A stretch of 64,000 nucleotides of DNA from the human T2T-CHM13v2.0 reference genome, Homo sapiens: assembly GCF_009914755.1 (NCBI RefSeq), contig NC_060925.1. The stretch is one strand, 5' to 3'. Each line of letters begins with the position of its first letter. Position 1 is the first letter of the stretch. Below, one piece after another: positions 42,040 through 57,100 of the stretch. Below the pieces are notes generated by a model that ran no database searches, was not told the DNA's origin, and saw nothing but the letters and a program-made list of their open reading frames with translations. Both the position numbers and the translations under genes were made by a program.

Positions 42040-45000
42040 GGATGATTGCCCTGATTGACCTGGATGATTCTATTAAATACATAAAATGCATTGAACAAAG
42101 CTATTGAGAACTTGCTTTGTGCAGGGCACTTACTGCATGTCATAGAGGATGCAAAAATTAATAAAGCATCATCTCTTCTTTAGAAGTAGTTCTGTTAAGG
42201 GACATGCAATGTATATATGGATAATCATGATTGATGCTACTGGGTAAGTGCCATGTGATGATAGCTTTGATTACATGTAGAAAATCCACAACTGCCTCAG
42301 GTACTGGAGCACAGTTCCTAGAAAAGGAGACATTTCATTTGGGTCTTAAAATATAGAAAGTATTTTAATAGACCAAGAAGAAATAAACATATGCTACAGA
42401 AAACACACACACATACACTCAAGTAAGAGGACATGAGTTTTTATTTATTTATTTATTTATTTAGAATGAAAATCTACTTTGACTAGATTATAGGGTTATT
42501 TTAGGACTCAATGAGAGTTATGACTGGAAAATAAAGTGTGCCAGACGTAAGGAATGATTCTAATGCTATGCCAGAAAGTTAGAGTAATATTATCTAAAAA
42601 ACTTAAGACAAACTAAAAGTCACTTTTTTATCTTTCAAGTAATTGTGTTGTTCTTTTTAAATGGATAAACTACAGTTGCTTTAAGTGCGTATATGTTTAT
42701 ACATGTCTCAAACTTTCTGGACTGAACTAATTCCCTTTCATGCAAGTACAAAATGCCCTTAGCATTCACACATTCAGCATTTGAGATTTTTTACTAAATA
42801 AGGAGCTCTTCAGAAATTCCATAGCACAATAATCTGGTTTTGCTGAGGCATCACACTGAACAGCATATCTTTAGAGCTGGTTCAAAGCTATTCAGAACAC
42901 CCCGAGCCTAGAAAACCATCAGTTCTCTAATTATGATGTCATACATTTTGTCTGAGAAATATAACAATGGTATAAGGGATTCACAAGCAACTTAGGATGA
43001 ACCCTCCTCTAAATGTCAAGGATTTACTTTGCTCAAATATCATAATAAAGAGTTTTTAAAAATCTCCTATCTTCAAAAATCATTCACTCTCCTATATCCT
43101 ACCAAAGAAAAAAATAAGATACCAAAAGCTGATAATTAAAATCTTATTAATTTCCAATGATGTCACTGTAATATGCATTTATACTAAAACAAATAGTTTT
43201 AAATTAGTATATGAAATCTCTATTATAGTGCACAAGTCCAGCTATTTATATTCCAAAGGAAAAATAAACCTAGATTTATTAAAGGCTTAAGGTAAAGTAT
43301 ACTTTTGATGAAGTGTTCATGAGCTGTAGAGTCCATGGCAGTTTGACCCACTTGTGAACTATCTTATAGATTCTTTCCTTGAGCAATATGGGGGAGGGGG
43401 TAGGTGTAGAATGAATTGCAACAACGGCCAACAAAAGCATCATTGCATTTGGTTAATACTTTCTTTTTTAGAGTTTTCTTTTTATTATTGGGAAATAGAA
43501 GATTTCAAGAAACAAATTTTAACAGGTGCCATCTTGTCAGTTTCAAAGTGACTTTGGGTTCCTTATAGTTCATGCTGGCTGTGCACCTACACTTAGGTTG
43601 TCAATGCTGGGCTTCATTATTTTTTGGAGAAACATTTGGTTTTATGATTTGACTATAGGAGATAAATAGACATTGGTGATACTCTTCAGAATGAAATGAA
43701 GTGACTGAAGAGTTTCAGGTGGTCCAGCGATGCGAATTTTTGTTGGTTTGGAATATTCAGTCTACTTTTCTATATTTAAAACCCAGTGAAGTATGGTTTA
43801 ATGCTCTTCTGGATGGAAGCATGGTAATTGGGCTCCTGTCTGATTCTTTGGCAAGATTTTGAGTGTACTTGTTTATGTTTTTGGAAGGCAAGTAAAAGTC
43901 ATTTTAATAATCTCCTGGACTTGGTTCACTAGGGCTCATCTCAGACTCATTGCTACTTTCTTCTCTTTTAGAATAATTTCTCATTTTATTTTATTATAAA
44001 GGAGTGATATAACACAAAATTAAAATTGTAAGCATTGCTAAAAATGACAGGCCCCTCCCAATATTTTTAGAAAGTTTTTTTAATTTTCATTTTTCTTCCC
44101 TTTATACCTTGATATACATTTTGATTGGTTCCTACTGTCACTTTTTCTGCCTTATGCATCTCTAAGCTTAGCTTTAGCTTGTTCATATTTAGGATCAAAA
44201 ATGACTACTTTTGATTTATAAGTCTTCCTAGGTGAATCAGCCTTGATGATGGGTTAATTTTGTCCTTATTTCATTGAAAAACATTTTGTTCTACATTTTC
44301 TAGTGTGTGTGTGTTTACTAGAAGCCCAGCAAATCTAATTTTTTTCCCATTGAAAAGATTTTCCTGCCAAATGATTAGATTAGGTACAGTTCTATCAAAG
44401 ACATTGTCAGTAGATTATGTTCAACTAGAATAGTCAATATCAATTTTTAGTTTGTCCTGAGGAATAGCAGGTATTGATTCTTCTATTTGGAATGACATTC
44501 CTTATCCTAGAAGGTCAGTTTCCTGAAGAGGAACTTGTATAAACCCTTCCCAAATGAACCTTGGAGTTGTCATTACTGTTGGAGTCCATTTCAAAGGGAC
44601 ATATTTCCTGGTTTTGAGCACGATCTTCTGTTTCTTCTGAAATACGTTTATCTTTTGAAGCAAATAGCTGACGTGGGAGGTAGTAACGTTCTTTTCTCAT
44701 GTTGGATGATATCTTGGACTTACCTCACTTTGGGTTTTTCATTTCCCAAATCTCAAACTAACATTCCATTGTTGTCCAGCTAATTTTCAATAATATACAA
44801 GTGTCGGTGATTATTTAGCATAGCATATCTACAAAAAATTTGTCATTTACCAATTTCTGCCAAGTTTTTCTTCATTTCTTTTAGTCTTCAAGGCTAATCT
44901 GAAAGGGCTTTTTTAGGCATCTTTTCTTGGCCATTTTCTCTTTCGGCCACCACCTCTGCCACAGCCCTCCTTTATATTCCAAGGCTCTGCAAGCCTATTA

Positions 45001-45437
45001 GCATGGACCTGTGCCCCAAGACTATGGCATCATCTCCAGTCACCTATGACTTCTGCAAGGGTATTTAGAATTGTCTGCTGTAGTTGCCCACTGGCTGGCT
45101 GAGAGGTAGTCACATGAGAAGATCATGCTGCCAGCCAGTGCAGGCAGAGCCTAACTCAGCCAGTCAGTGTCCCATAACACCTTAAAATCACTTAACAAAA
45201 AAGTACCACAGACCAGTCACCTTGCCATATTCAGTTCCTAATATAATTTCTTTACAGCTTCTTTAACAAATTCAGTTATATTTGTTAAGTGCTTAAACAG
45301 GCTGTACATTTTGCTGAGTGATTGACATACAGAAGTGGACAAGAGATGTAAGAACTCTGACCTTAAAAATCCTGTATTTTACCAAATATTTTACCTAAGT
45401 AACTTTAAAGTAAGAACTGGCATCTCCTATAAGTTGC

Positions 45438-45446
<9 letters not shown>

Positions 45447-45527
<81 letters not shown>

Positions 45528-45534
45528 TATATAT
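45447..45534. repeat. Compound (CT)n(AT)n(AC)n microsatellite
   Basis: About 20 CT, 13 AT and 7 AC units. Confidence 0.95.
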
Positions 45535-48014
45535 AAAATTATATATATATAATTTTATACAGAAAAAGATATATTTAACAGGAAATATGTTCATATTACC
45601 TAACATGATATGATTTTATAAAATTGGCATTTCTCCATGGAAAAAAAATGTCCAGATAATGGGATATTTGAAATATGAGCAGAGACAGCTTGAAAGCACC
45701 CAGCTTTGCAGTTTGGATGGGAGAAAAACTAGTCTGTAAAAGCAAAGAGAAAGAACAGAGGGAGACTATGGACTCCACAATTTGACCTTGGGCTAATTTG
45801 TTTATTACAGTTCTTAGAATATTGCTTTTGATCTTTCATCAGAAACTATGATATACTCCAGTTATTTAAATCTGACTCATGTCTACGTATTCATAAAGGT
45901 GATTAATTAGGCAGAACAGTGGTAGGAAATGATTTAATATGTTAATCTATATATTATTCTAATCTCAGCTGATGACAAGTTTTATTGTATGAAATTGAGA
46001 TGAAATAAATTTATTAGTTTATCTTAATTTTTTTCATATATATACATAGAGAGAGGAAATAAAGTAAAAGTGCAAGGAAGAAAGAAAAAAATAAAAATGA
46101 CCACCGTTTATCAGAAATGAATACTGATGACACTGAACTCTAAAGATATCTTGTTAATATGTGTACTATTATAATTACCATCTTATGGATTAAGAAGTTA
46201 ATGCTTAAATGAGTTTAATATATGTGATGGTGCTCAGCTGGTACATAGAATGGATGCTATTTGAACCTGTCTGCTTAAGTTTAAAGCCCTGTTTTAGCCA
46301 ATGTGAGAACTGCTCTTCTAAGTTACAATTTTTAATGAGTAATATATATCTACTTTATCTGTATTTTCTGATATTTAGATTGTTTCTTTTAATTATACAA
46401 TGCAACAATAAAACATTGAACATTCCTGCCCATTGTTTACATAGAATAATGCCTAGAAATGAGATGACTCATACAACCGGCATTTTATAAGCTGTATTCC
46501 AGAAAATTTTTCACAATTTTTATATTTATAACCAAAAAGTAGAAAGAATGTTAAAATGGACCCACTATGTCCAATCAGCTATCTTCAATAGTGATCACCA
46601 TTTTATTACTCTTGTTTCACCTATGTTGGTATTTATTTTGCTTACTGTAATATTTTAAAGAAAAATCCTGATATAATACCATATAATTTCACCAACAAGT
46701 GTTTCAGTGTATATCTCTGACAGATAAGAACCAAACTCTATAATGGGTTCTTGTCTCTTTCTTTCTTGCAATTTATTTGTTGAAGAAACAGGATCTTTTT
46801 TTCTAAAAAATATTCAATACCCTAAATTTGACTAATCCTTCACTGTAGTGTTCAACCTGTTCCTTTTTCCCTCCTTTTCTCCTGTGAACTGATGGTTAGA
46901 TCTAAAAGCTCAATGAGATTCAAAATCAGTTTTTCTTTGGCAAGAATATTTTATCTATGGTGCTGTGTACCATGTCAGGAAGTATCATAATTGCATGACC
47001 ATTTTCAGTGAGACAAGATTGGTCATTGGGTTCAGGCACATGTCCTTTAGTCTGTGTCTCCCACTTCCTTTTTCTCCCCTTAGCCTGAAATTGATGACTT
47101 CTTGTTGTTTTCTATGTCTATGATTACTAGTAATTTGATTTTTTAAACATGCTTATTGGCCTTTATAGTGTCTTTGTAAATAGCTTCTTTGTCTTTTGTT
47201 CATTATAATGTTTGCTGTTGTGGAAAAATAAATATTTTTGTTGTATTTTAATGTAATTAAATTAGTGATATATTTAATTTTTTACATAGGACATTTTTAA
47301 GAGAGAGCACTTTTAAAAATATGCTTAATGTAACAAGAAAACACATACAAGATTGGTAAGTATATTCATCTCCAGGGCAAAAATATTTCACAAACATAAG
47401 AAAAAAATACTTTTCTACACCAAATATTTTAACAAATATAATTTTCAATAATAAACATCTGCAGACTGAGAATTACATACCAACAGTCCTTGATTTCTTA
47501 ATGAAATCTATTGTAGGAAAGACCATTGCTTTTCTTATTAAACACACTTAGGCAAAATGCAGCTTTATGATGACAAGATACAAACTAGATATAAATTTAA
47601 TTAAAGTATTTTTATAAATATACATAGTATTTGCTAAATTGAATTCAACAAAAGGCAAGTAAACACATTGTGTTTTCATTCTCAAAACACTTTTGTCAAC
47701 AGCTCTTTTAAACTTTAAGTTTCCCACTAATACTTTTGAAACTTTTGACCAATGATTTTAACTATAATTTATCAAAAGCTAAGTTAAAGTCACTCCACTT
47801 TAATATACTTTATTTTCCCACCTTTATCTTTTTTTCATATATCGTCAATATTAAACCTTTGTTTTCCTAAGTATTATAAGTATTTTTCCTAGGTTGTCAT
47901 TTGCCTTTTACCTTATTTACCTTATTTTGGTTTTATATAAATTTTTTTAATATGTGAGATAGTATAGGTCAGTACAATAAATTCTAATTCGTGTTCTATC
48001 AAGTTGTGTTTCAT

Positions 48015-48652
48015 GAAGTGATAGTTGTATTCTGAAATGTTGCTACAGGAAATACTGAATTAGTGAGTACCGAGTCATTGCTCTTAGAGGAAATACAAGT
48101 TTAGTTTCCTGCAAGCCTTTAGCCACAACATGTTCATTAACTGATCAAAACCTAATCTTGTTTTATGTGTTTCTGTTTAAAGACACTTCACTTCATACAT
48201 TTTGCTGATTAATTAATGTCGAACTCATGGCCAACAATGCTATAACTCATGCCTGAATCAAGCTTACCTAACACACACATTGTCTCCATAAGGCACATGG
48301 AACCCTTTTTGCTCTTAGCAACACTAGACAGTACTTCAGCACTATGTTTGATGGCTGTTTTCAACAGTGGAATCTCCAATAAAAAAAGCACAGGAAGCAA
48401 CAATGTGGCACTAAAGATCTCAAAAAGGACATTTGTTTATAACATGATGACACAACAAAGCAAAGCATCACCTTAGCCAAACTCAGCTGGAAATGTGCAC
48501 ATCGAATGACTCAAATATTTTACCATTTTCTGCATGCACATGTCCACAAATGACCACGGAAGTGTCACAAGCATTGATTTTGAGGTACAAATTAATTCTT
48601 GCCAGTAGGAAGCTACATAAATTTGTAAGCTATGCATATTGAGGATCGACTG
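48015..48652 (-). mobile_element. Tigger-family DNA transposon (MER82-like)
   Basis: Ends GAGGATCGACTG followed by TA, with internal ACTGAATTAGTGAGTACCGAGTCATTGCTCTTAGAGGAAATACA. Confidence 0.75.
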
Positions 48653-49690
48653 TAATTTCCTTCACGATTTTCCCTTTGCTTTTCTATGCCACCCACATTT
48701 AATGATGTCTTAGAATAATTCCTATGCTACCCTAATATCATTGACTTATATTGCATTAAAAGTGAATAAATGTATTTAAGCAAACTGAAATTAAAATAAT
48801 ATACCAAACCAGTGTTTTCTGCAATAAAATAGTATACTATATATTTTTCAGACTTAAGAATTAATGCTACTATATCAAAACTTGATCTGATATGAAATTT
48901 AAAAATCATCACTCATACTTTCTTGCAATCAATAATAATTATATTTTATATAACTTTCTATTTCATTTCGCTAGACTTAGTATCCCAATAACTTGAAAAT
49001 ACTTGAATGCTGATGAATTAAAGACAATTAGGTTACTGGACATTCTGCTGTATGCTTTAATATACTGGGTTTTATTACTAGAAAGTGGCTACAGCCTAGC
49101 GTGAATGTAAGAATAATAAAATATTCTTACATTCAATATAAGGAAGGTGGAAGATTAGGTTTATTCTAAAACTCTTGTTACTGTCATAGAAGCTTTCTTT
49201 TGACTTAAGGGAATACCCATAATGGTGAAGGAACATGTAAGGAATTTCTGGATATTGGTGTGAAGAAGTGTCTTTTTTGAATTAATTTGTGTATTTTATA
49301 CCATATACTGTAATTTACCTAAATAAGTTCTAATGTTTTGACTTAATTTTGTAACCGTAACTGAAACATATGTATATACCTATATAGTCGTTTTTACAAT
49401 TCTATATTCAATATATTATTATCTCTGCTATACAGATGAAGAGACTGAAGCTTAGGGATTCAAATAACTTAACGGGGTCAAGTAGCTTGCCCAAGATCAC
49501 ATAGCAAATAGTGCTAAAGCCAAGGCTCATCCTTCTACTCCCCCATTACAAGCTCTCGACACACTAAACAAATTCAGGTTCTCTATGTGCCATATTTTTT
49601 CTCACTCCTTCACTTTTTTACATGCTACTTCATCTTCCTGAAATAATCTTGCCTACCCCACCCATCTTCACTTAATGAACTTTCAATCAC

Positions 49691-50073
49691 TGTCTTAGCC
49701 AGTTTGGCCTGCTATAACAAGTATAGCATAGACTAGATGGCGTAGACAGCAAACATTTCTCACAGTTCCAGAACACTGGGAAGTCCAAGGTCAAGGTGCC
49801 AGCAGATCCTGTGTCTAGTGAGGGCCTTCCTTCCTGATTTGCAGATGGCCGTCTTCTCATTTTATCTTATTTAATCTGGCAGAGATCAGAGAAAGAACCA
49901 GCAAGCTCTCTCAGGTCTCTTCTTATAAGGACATTAATTCCACTCATGAGGGCTCTATCCTATGACCTAATTACCTACTTCCCAAAGGCCTCACCTCTAG
50001 ATATTAGTATCATTACATTGGGGGTGAGGATTTCAACATATGAATTTATGGCGGACACATTAAGTCCATAGCA
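49691..50073 (-). mobile_element. Solo MaLR LTR (MSTD/MLT1A-like) within an L2 remnant
   Basis: TGTCTTAG…GAAGTCCAAGGTCAAGGTGCCAGCAGAT…GATTTCAACATATGAATTT…CCATAGCA. Confidence 0.85.
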
Positions 50074-51879
50074 CTTATCCTTTGATTTTCACCTCAAATA
50101 TCATGTATGAGGTGCCTCTCAAATGATACCGCTGAATGCTCAGTGCATCTCTGTTGTTATTTACCACAGTGTATTAAATGAAGCAGCCTTCTTTGCCTGC
50201 ATTTTCAATTGATGAGGTCAGAGAGAGCATGCGTCATTCACTGTTACATTCTCAGCCCATAGCACAATGACTGGCATACAGTGGGAACATTTGATTTGAA
50301 ATATTTGCTCATTAAGTGGATGTATATTTCAAATGTTGGGCAAAGCAACATGTTTCTAGATTTGGCAAGCAGAAGCATTTTCATAACTGCTGGTGGATTG
50401 CCTCAAACCATTATAACTGGCTTATGGGAGGAAGTTAGAAAAGAATTATTCTGGAAATATGTCTTTGTGTCATTAGGTTACACTTGCAGAATAAATGACA
50501 GAAAAAGTACATATCAAATAAGAGAGAATAATGAAAGACAGTTACAGATTTTATTGAAAGCCTGGAAAACAATAAGGAATAATAAGAAAATATAATAATA
50601 TTTATCTATCCTACAATTGTGATAATTATCATTCATAAAGTTTCAGACATTTGAAAATTATCATTTATGAATGATAATTATCATTCATAAAGTTTCAGAC
50701 ATTTGTTCTTGACAAATCTGCCTACTTTTCATTTCATGTTCATTAAGAAATACACATGGATACATCATATACAAACATAAACTCTTCATTGAAAAATTTT
50801 ATTGGTTTATTTACATTGCCAGGAGCATTTGTTAATCACCTTTGTGCTCGAAGTGACACATGTGATAACAATGGAAAATGAATGTGACAGACACAGGTCC
50901 TCTCCTCAGATTTTGTTGTAAAGACAAACACCAGGAGCATAATAAACTGTTCATTATGAAAAACAATTTCCAAATGCAGTCCCATTTATTTCAAGCAATA
51001 TCAAATACAATTAGAGTACACCCCTGGAGTACATGATAACTGTGTATCGCTATTTTCTTTGCCACTAAAACTGAATGCAAATCAGCTGGGGAATGTGTTC
51101 ATTTTTACCTATTAGTACTGTAGGCAGATAAAACTCTCATTTGCCCTGGCCTCTGAGGCACGTTGATATCATTGACCAAACACCAATTTGGACTGTGCTC
51201 TTTTGTGCAAGAACGGGAGCAATTTAAAATGACCCTTAGGCAACTTTCATTGTCTTCATTCATGTTTCCTTTCTTGGCACTGATTTACTTATCGTGGCTC
51301 TCCTGTTAACTTCTGTGTGACTTGAGGAATATAAAAATTTAACAACATGTGTGATCTCTCTTATTTGTAAAATGCAACAAATCTACTTACTGTGGCAATG
51401 TGTGAAATTCCTAATGACACCAGGCAACTGTAATTTCTTGACTGACTAGAAATAATTTGCCCCAAATTTACAGACTAGGCATGGGTTCTAGAAAAAGTCT
51501 CTCAGTGTGACATATAGATACCTTCACAACCTATCCCACCTAACAGGATAAAACTAGCTGAAGTAAATTTTATTTGTGGTTTTGCAAGAGCCTGGGATAA
51601 TTTTCTTCTACTTTTTCCATCTTTGAGCCAAATATTTGGCATAAAACAATCAGACCAAATATAAATATGCTGAACTAGAAATCCATGCAATTATCTCTGC
51701 TTTAAAATTATTGTTAAATTTTATCACCAATAATCCCTTTTATGAAGAATTTATAAACACTTATGTAGGAAACACTCTTAACCTCCCTCTCCCTTGCCAC
51801 TTCCATTTAGGGACTGAAAATTAATTTCCTTTTAAGAATTTTTTATTTCCATCTCCCTTTCCTCGTAATAAGATTAATT

Positions 51880-52230
51880 CTCATTTCCTCAGCTTCCCTT
51901 GGAGCTAGGGTCGGGTTTGCAACAACAGTTCTGATCAATGAAAATTCAGCAGAAGACTACTGGGAGTTTCTTAGAATGTTTTTGCTTTCCTTGTAATAGA
52001 AGCAGGGACTGGTGATAAGGTGTCTTCTCCCTTCTCATGTTGAAAGAAAGTTGCATTAGCCATCTTGAGGGAAAAAAAGCATAATAACAGACAACATGGA
52101 GTTGACATTGTTAAGCTACTCAATCAATGCCAACAGCTTTCTACTTTCAGAATTCTAATCATGTGAGAAAAATAAGACTTTTTAAAATTTAAGCCACCGT
52201 AAGTGGATTTATTTTAAGCTAAACACAGTC
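51880..52230 (+). mobile_element. Old MaLR LTR (MLT1 family)
   Basis: CAGCTTCCCTTGGAGCTAGGG…TGTGAGAAAAATAA…TTTAAGCCAC. Confidence 0.55.
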
Positions 52231-54084
52231 TTGAAACAAGATGAAAGAGTCTATATATACATGCAATTTTATATACATGCATATACATATAATTGTTAAT
52301 AAAGGAAGAAATTTGAGAAGAAAGGGTTCAAAAGATTCAATTGTACAAAATTCAGATTTGGGTTACTGTGAGGTTAATGAAAAATCACTACTTTAGCATA
52401 ATTAGTATAATTAAAGATTAAAAAATGTATACAGTTCATGACGAATCACATACTGAATTGGAAAATCTCAAATGATCAGGAAGCAATCCCTTCCTATGGC
52501 TAAACCCCCCACTTACGCCCCACCATAGGAAAGACATGAATTTTTGCTCCTTCGGGGCTGGTCAGAGGATGGAACTTAATCACGAATTATGTATTACCCA
52601 GATTTCTATTAATTTACTCTAATGAAAAAGACAAGGCAAATTTTAAATGTGTTTATCAAAGAAATTCAACAACTGTTTCTCTACTACCACTTATGAATCC
52701 AATGTCATGTTAGCATTGTGAAGTATACAAGAAAGCACAATTCTTAATACCTGTCTTTAAGTAAATATCGCATTTACTTAAAATAGTCTTCAATGTTGTA
52801 ATCATAACGCAGTAAATAAAATTTAATGTCAATTTTAAACGTCTGGGAAGTTAATTTTTCATTGGTAAAGCCTAGGTCTTTTGGGTTACTTTAAACAAAT
52901 ATGCCTAACTTTTGCACTTACATTTGAAAATGATTAATGGATCAATTATTCTCTATTAAAATTAAAATGGCTAGTACTATACTGTACATAAATCCATAAT
53001 AGTACCCTCATAATAAAAATTTTTAGTAGAATAAAAGTATTCTATAAGATAGCATAGTGAAACCTTCAAGCTTTTTGTGAGTTTGCTTCCTCAATTAAGC
53101 AATCAAAGTTTCGGCAACCTTTTATTTAAAGTTATTATTATATTATAGAAAGCTTAATGTAAAATGTTTCTTTCCAATGGCTTGATGACTTGATACATTT
53201 ATGGACTTTATGATGAGGAAAGGTAATAATGTAAAGCTCAGACAGACTACTATTAGAAAATAAGTTTCACTTAAAATATTCCACATTGCTCATGAGTGAC
53301 CAGCTTAGTTTAGGCTCTGCCTTAAAGATATGCTGTCAAAAATGTCAACCTTGCTAGGCCTCTAGAGAAATGAAGTGGTATATTTCACAGGAGAAGGGCA
53401 TATTCAAAATGGCAAGGGATAGGCTACTGTAAGGACGATGCGGGTAACTTAGGAATTGTCCTATAATAAATCACTTATTTACAACCAATCAAACTTCAAT
53501 GTTTTGAATATACTACTGGAAAGTGAGAGGAACGTATGTTCATAAAGAAACTGCCAGAACTTGTGCCTAACTTTATATCACTAGATAAAATTCAAATGTC
53601 AGAAGTCAAGGTTATTCACTGTCCTTTGAGAAGAATTTAATTTTTGTAACGTATTTGCATTTGTAATCCTACATCTATATATCCCAAGCTGCATGTCAAA
53701 GAAATTCAATTTCTAATCCGTAACATGGCTGAGAATTGCAGTGGTCAGTTTCATTGTTAATGCCTCTCTTTTTCAAACATTTGACTCACAGCTGTGATAA
53801 TTGAATGGCTGTGCAAATTATATTGGAATATGAGCAGAAGCAGTTAGAATTTGGGGTTCAGTATTAAGCAGGACTAGTATGGCATATAATGCAAATCGAG
53901 TCAAATGCAAATATGTCAGCAAAAGCAATCATATTATTTATATGAGAGGAGGGACCACATCTGATTTGCTTACCATTGTATCACCAGCACTTGCTACAAT
54001 GCCTGGCACTAGTAGTTTCACAATCAACAGTTTTTGAGTCTCCAATTTTAAAAAGTTTAGAATCATTTTGGGAGTCATTTATAA

Positions 54085-54157
54085 GAAGAATGTATTAGTA
54101 ACAAGGATAGATTGTGGTGCAAAAATCTTTGTGAGCTGAAGGTTGTTATATACTCAC

Positions 54158-54192
<35 letters not shown>

Positions 54193-57100
54193 GAACTACT
54201 CTGAGACCTTGTGGGAGCTGGAGTCTACAAGTGGAGGAAATGATTTTGTCTGTAGGACTCAGCATCTGGGCCCTTACGGTAGTCGGTTAGTATAAGCACT
54301 AACAGTACCTGTTGCAGTCTGCTCTTCCTAACTTCATGTATCTGTTTTACACTTCTTCCCACACATAGGGTGTACTCACTCCTCCTCAAGGAAGTTAATC
54401 CAAGATTGCATTTAGCCACTGGATCCAGGTCAACATATAGCTACTTGGATAACAAGCAGTTCTCCTTATGGAGAACTGGCAGAACGTGGGCCTGCAGCCC
54501 ACAAACTAAAAAGAGAAGTAATCCAAAGCCCCATACATGATGACAATAAACAGCGTTGGGGCATAATCAGAGGGACATAATAGGAACTCTCTCTAAGATA
54601 GAGAAATAATGGAAGACACTGGCCCATAACAATTATGAAATCTGACTAGACAAAATGGGAAGATCCCTACTACGGTGGTGGTGGTTTAAGGGAGTGGTGT
54701 CCCTTAATTAGAGTTCCATTCTGCTATGTAAGAACACACTTATCTCATTTTTTTCCCCCGCAGGAACTCTGGCTCCAAGCTCTGGGAATTTCTTCTTTTT
54801 CCATTACTCTCCATTACCAGATCTGATCGAAGCACTGGGGCTGTGCCTTTCTTGAGGGCTACCTAATATTCATAGCCCGCATCTGGCTCATGCAAGTATT
54901 GAGGCCAGAGAGTTATATAAATACCAAAGTTTCAGGTTCCTAGTTTCTTTGGCCATACAGTTTCCTTGAGAACTTAGTAAGCTTTTGATCTATTTTATTT
55001 CAGTCAATTCTGTTTCAGCAACTATACCCAAAGTTCTTTCATCTTCATTCCAGTGTCTCTCTGCTTAATCACTGCTACATGAGGCCATCAGACATAGTTG
55101 GAGAGGCTATATCCTTTGTTCCATCTTTGCTATGAAGGCTGTCTTAGTCAACTTAGACTCTCAGAGACAATTGTTTTTGGTCTTATCCTTTATTGCAAGA
55201 AGCCTACAAGTAGTTGGTTTTCACATTCCTTCAAGGCTTCAGATTTATGAACTTCTTCTTCCCTATCATTTCTGCTAATGAAACCTGCCAATTCTTGTTT
55301 GAGCTCAACTCTTTCTGGTAATATTCTACTTAAAACAGCAATAACAACTAACACACATGATCATGGTGATATTTTCTCATCACTTCGCCTAAAGCTATAG
55401 GATCCTGTAAACTGGTGCCTGCTTTCCAAGTTATCACTAGTAATAGTTTTACCAAATATTTGAAAAGGCAGAATAAGGCTTTCTAGCCTCATAGCTTCTG
55501 TCTCCTTGCCACCTGTGTTCCAAACACTTAGTATTAGCTTAATGACCAATATTTTAATTTTGTGTCATAGTTGCACCCAATTTCAAACTATCAAATTTAG
55601 AAGCACTTACTGCTGCAATAAACAACCTTGACGGTGAGTGGCTTAGATAATAAATGCTTATTTCTGAATCATGTCTCAGTCCAGTGTAGATCTGTGTTTG
55701 GTGGAAGGGTCAGCATGTGTGAGGGCTTTGTTCCAATCCATCAAAATGTATGTCCCTTTCATCTGTGATTTCACTTTCTCCTGATCAGCAGTTCTCAAAC
55801 GCTGGTCCATGGACCTGAAATGGAGTGCTCTGCAAGATCAAAACTATTTTCTCAATAATATTTGAACATTATATGTCTTTTTCAGTATGTTGACATTGGC
55901 ACTGATAATAAAAAATCAATGGTGAGTAAAACTACTATTATCTTAAAGCAGTGGCATCAAACTGTAATACTAGTACTTCTGTTCTTCACTGCAGCTCGCT
56001 TACTGTCAAAACACCACCGGTTTCTACTAAGAATGTCCTTATCATTATCATTCATTCTGCATGAAGAAATGGGAACTACATGTAAAGAACTGCTGCACAC
56101 AAAAGTACAATGGTTGTCTCAAGGAAAAGCTCTTGAAAAGTCTGAATTTCAAGCTGAATTTGTCTTTTTTCCCCTCGGAAATACTATTTTTGCTTGAAAG
56201 AACAGACAGCTCGGACTTGGATATTTCATTAATTTCCCCCCAAAATTAACAGAGTGAGCTAATCATTTAAAGGACAACAAACAGAAGGTATTTGTGGCAA
56301 ATGGGTTCAAGTGAAAATTGGAATTTTGGAAAACTTTTATCGGCCATCAGAAGCTTGAAAAATTCTCAATATTTAAAAACTTCTCTGATAAGATTGGTGG
56401 TGAGATTGATACTGTATAATGAAATGTGTCAACATTTAGAGAATATGTATAACTCAGTGAACCAGTAGTTTCCAAATGACCAATGAATGAAATTGCAAAC
56501 CTATGTATTAGTAAACAGTCCATTAAAAATGAAAGATAGAGTCATGGATTTTAATATAACAATATAAAAAGTTCATTGCTTTGATTGCAGATTCTATCTT
56601 GCAAAGAGACTTCAAGAAACAATGAACTTTTGTGTCATATCAAAGAAGAATATCCAAAATATTCTGAAGACACTCCTTCCTTTCCCAACGATTTATCTGT
56701 GTGAACCTGGATTCTTCATATGCAGAAGTAGATATGATAAGCCAGCTATCTTACATGAAGCCAATATTAAAGAAATTTGCAACATTCTTCTCACTATTTT
56801 TTTCTTTTAGAAACCGTAGCCACTTTGATTAAACTGTTTTTTAAATTAACATTTAATGACTTTAAATGGATTGATAACTATTTACATTTTTTTTTACTTG
56901 TACACTCTAATACAGTAAATATATTAGATATAATCCACATTTTTTAAAACAAAGCTCCTTGGGCTCCTTGGATGATCAATAATTAATTTTTAAACATATA
57001 TAAAAATTCTAAGACCAAAAAGTTTAAGAACCACTGCTCTAGAATCGCACTCTTTCAACTGGTAATGGGGAAGAAGACTAAGTATTACAAGTGCAGGTTT

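Noticed and set aside
50620-50705. CRISPR-like repeat-spacer-repeat
   Set aside because: Only two units, the spacer derives from the repeat, the context is human and there are no cas genes.
55862-56810. Domesticated hAT transposase gene
   Set aside because: Short, frameshifted remnants inside an internally deleted element.
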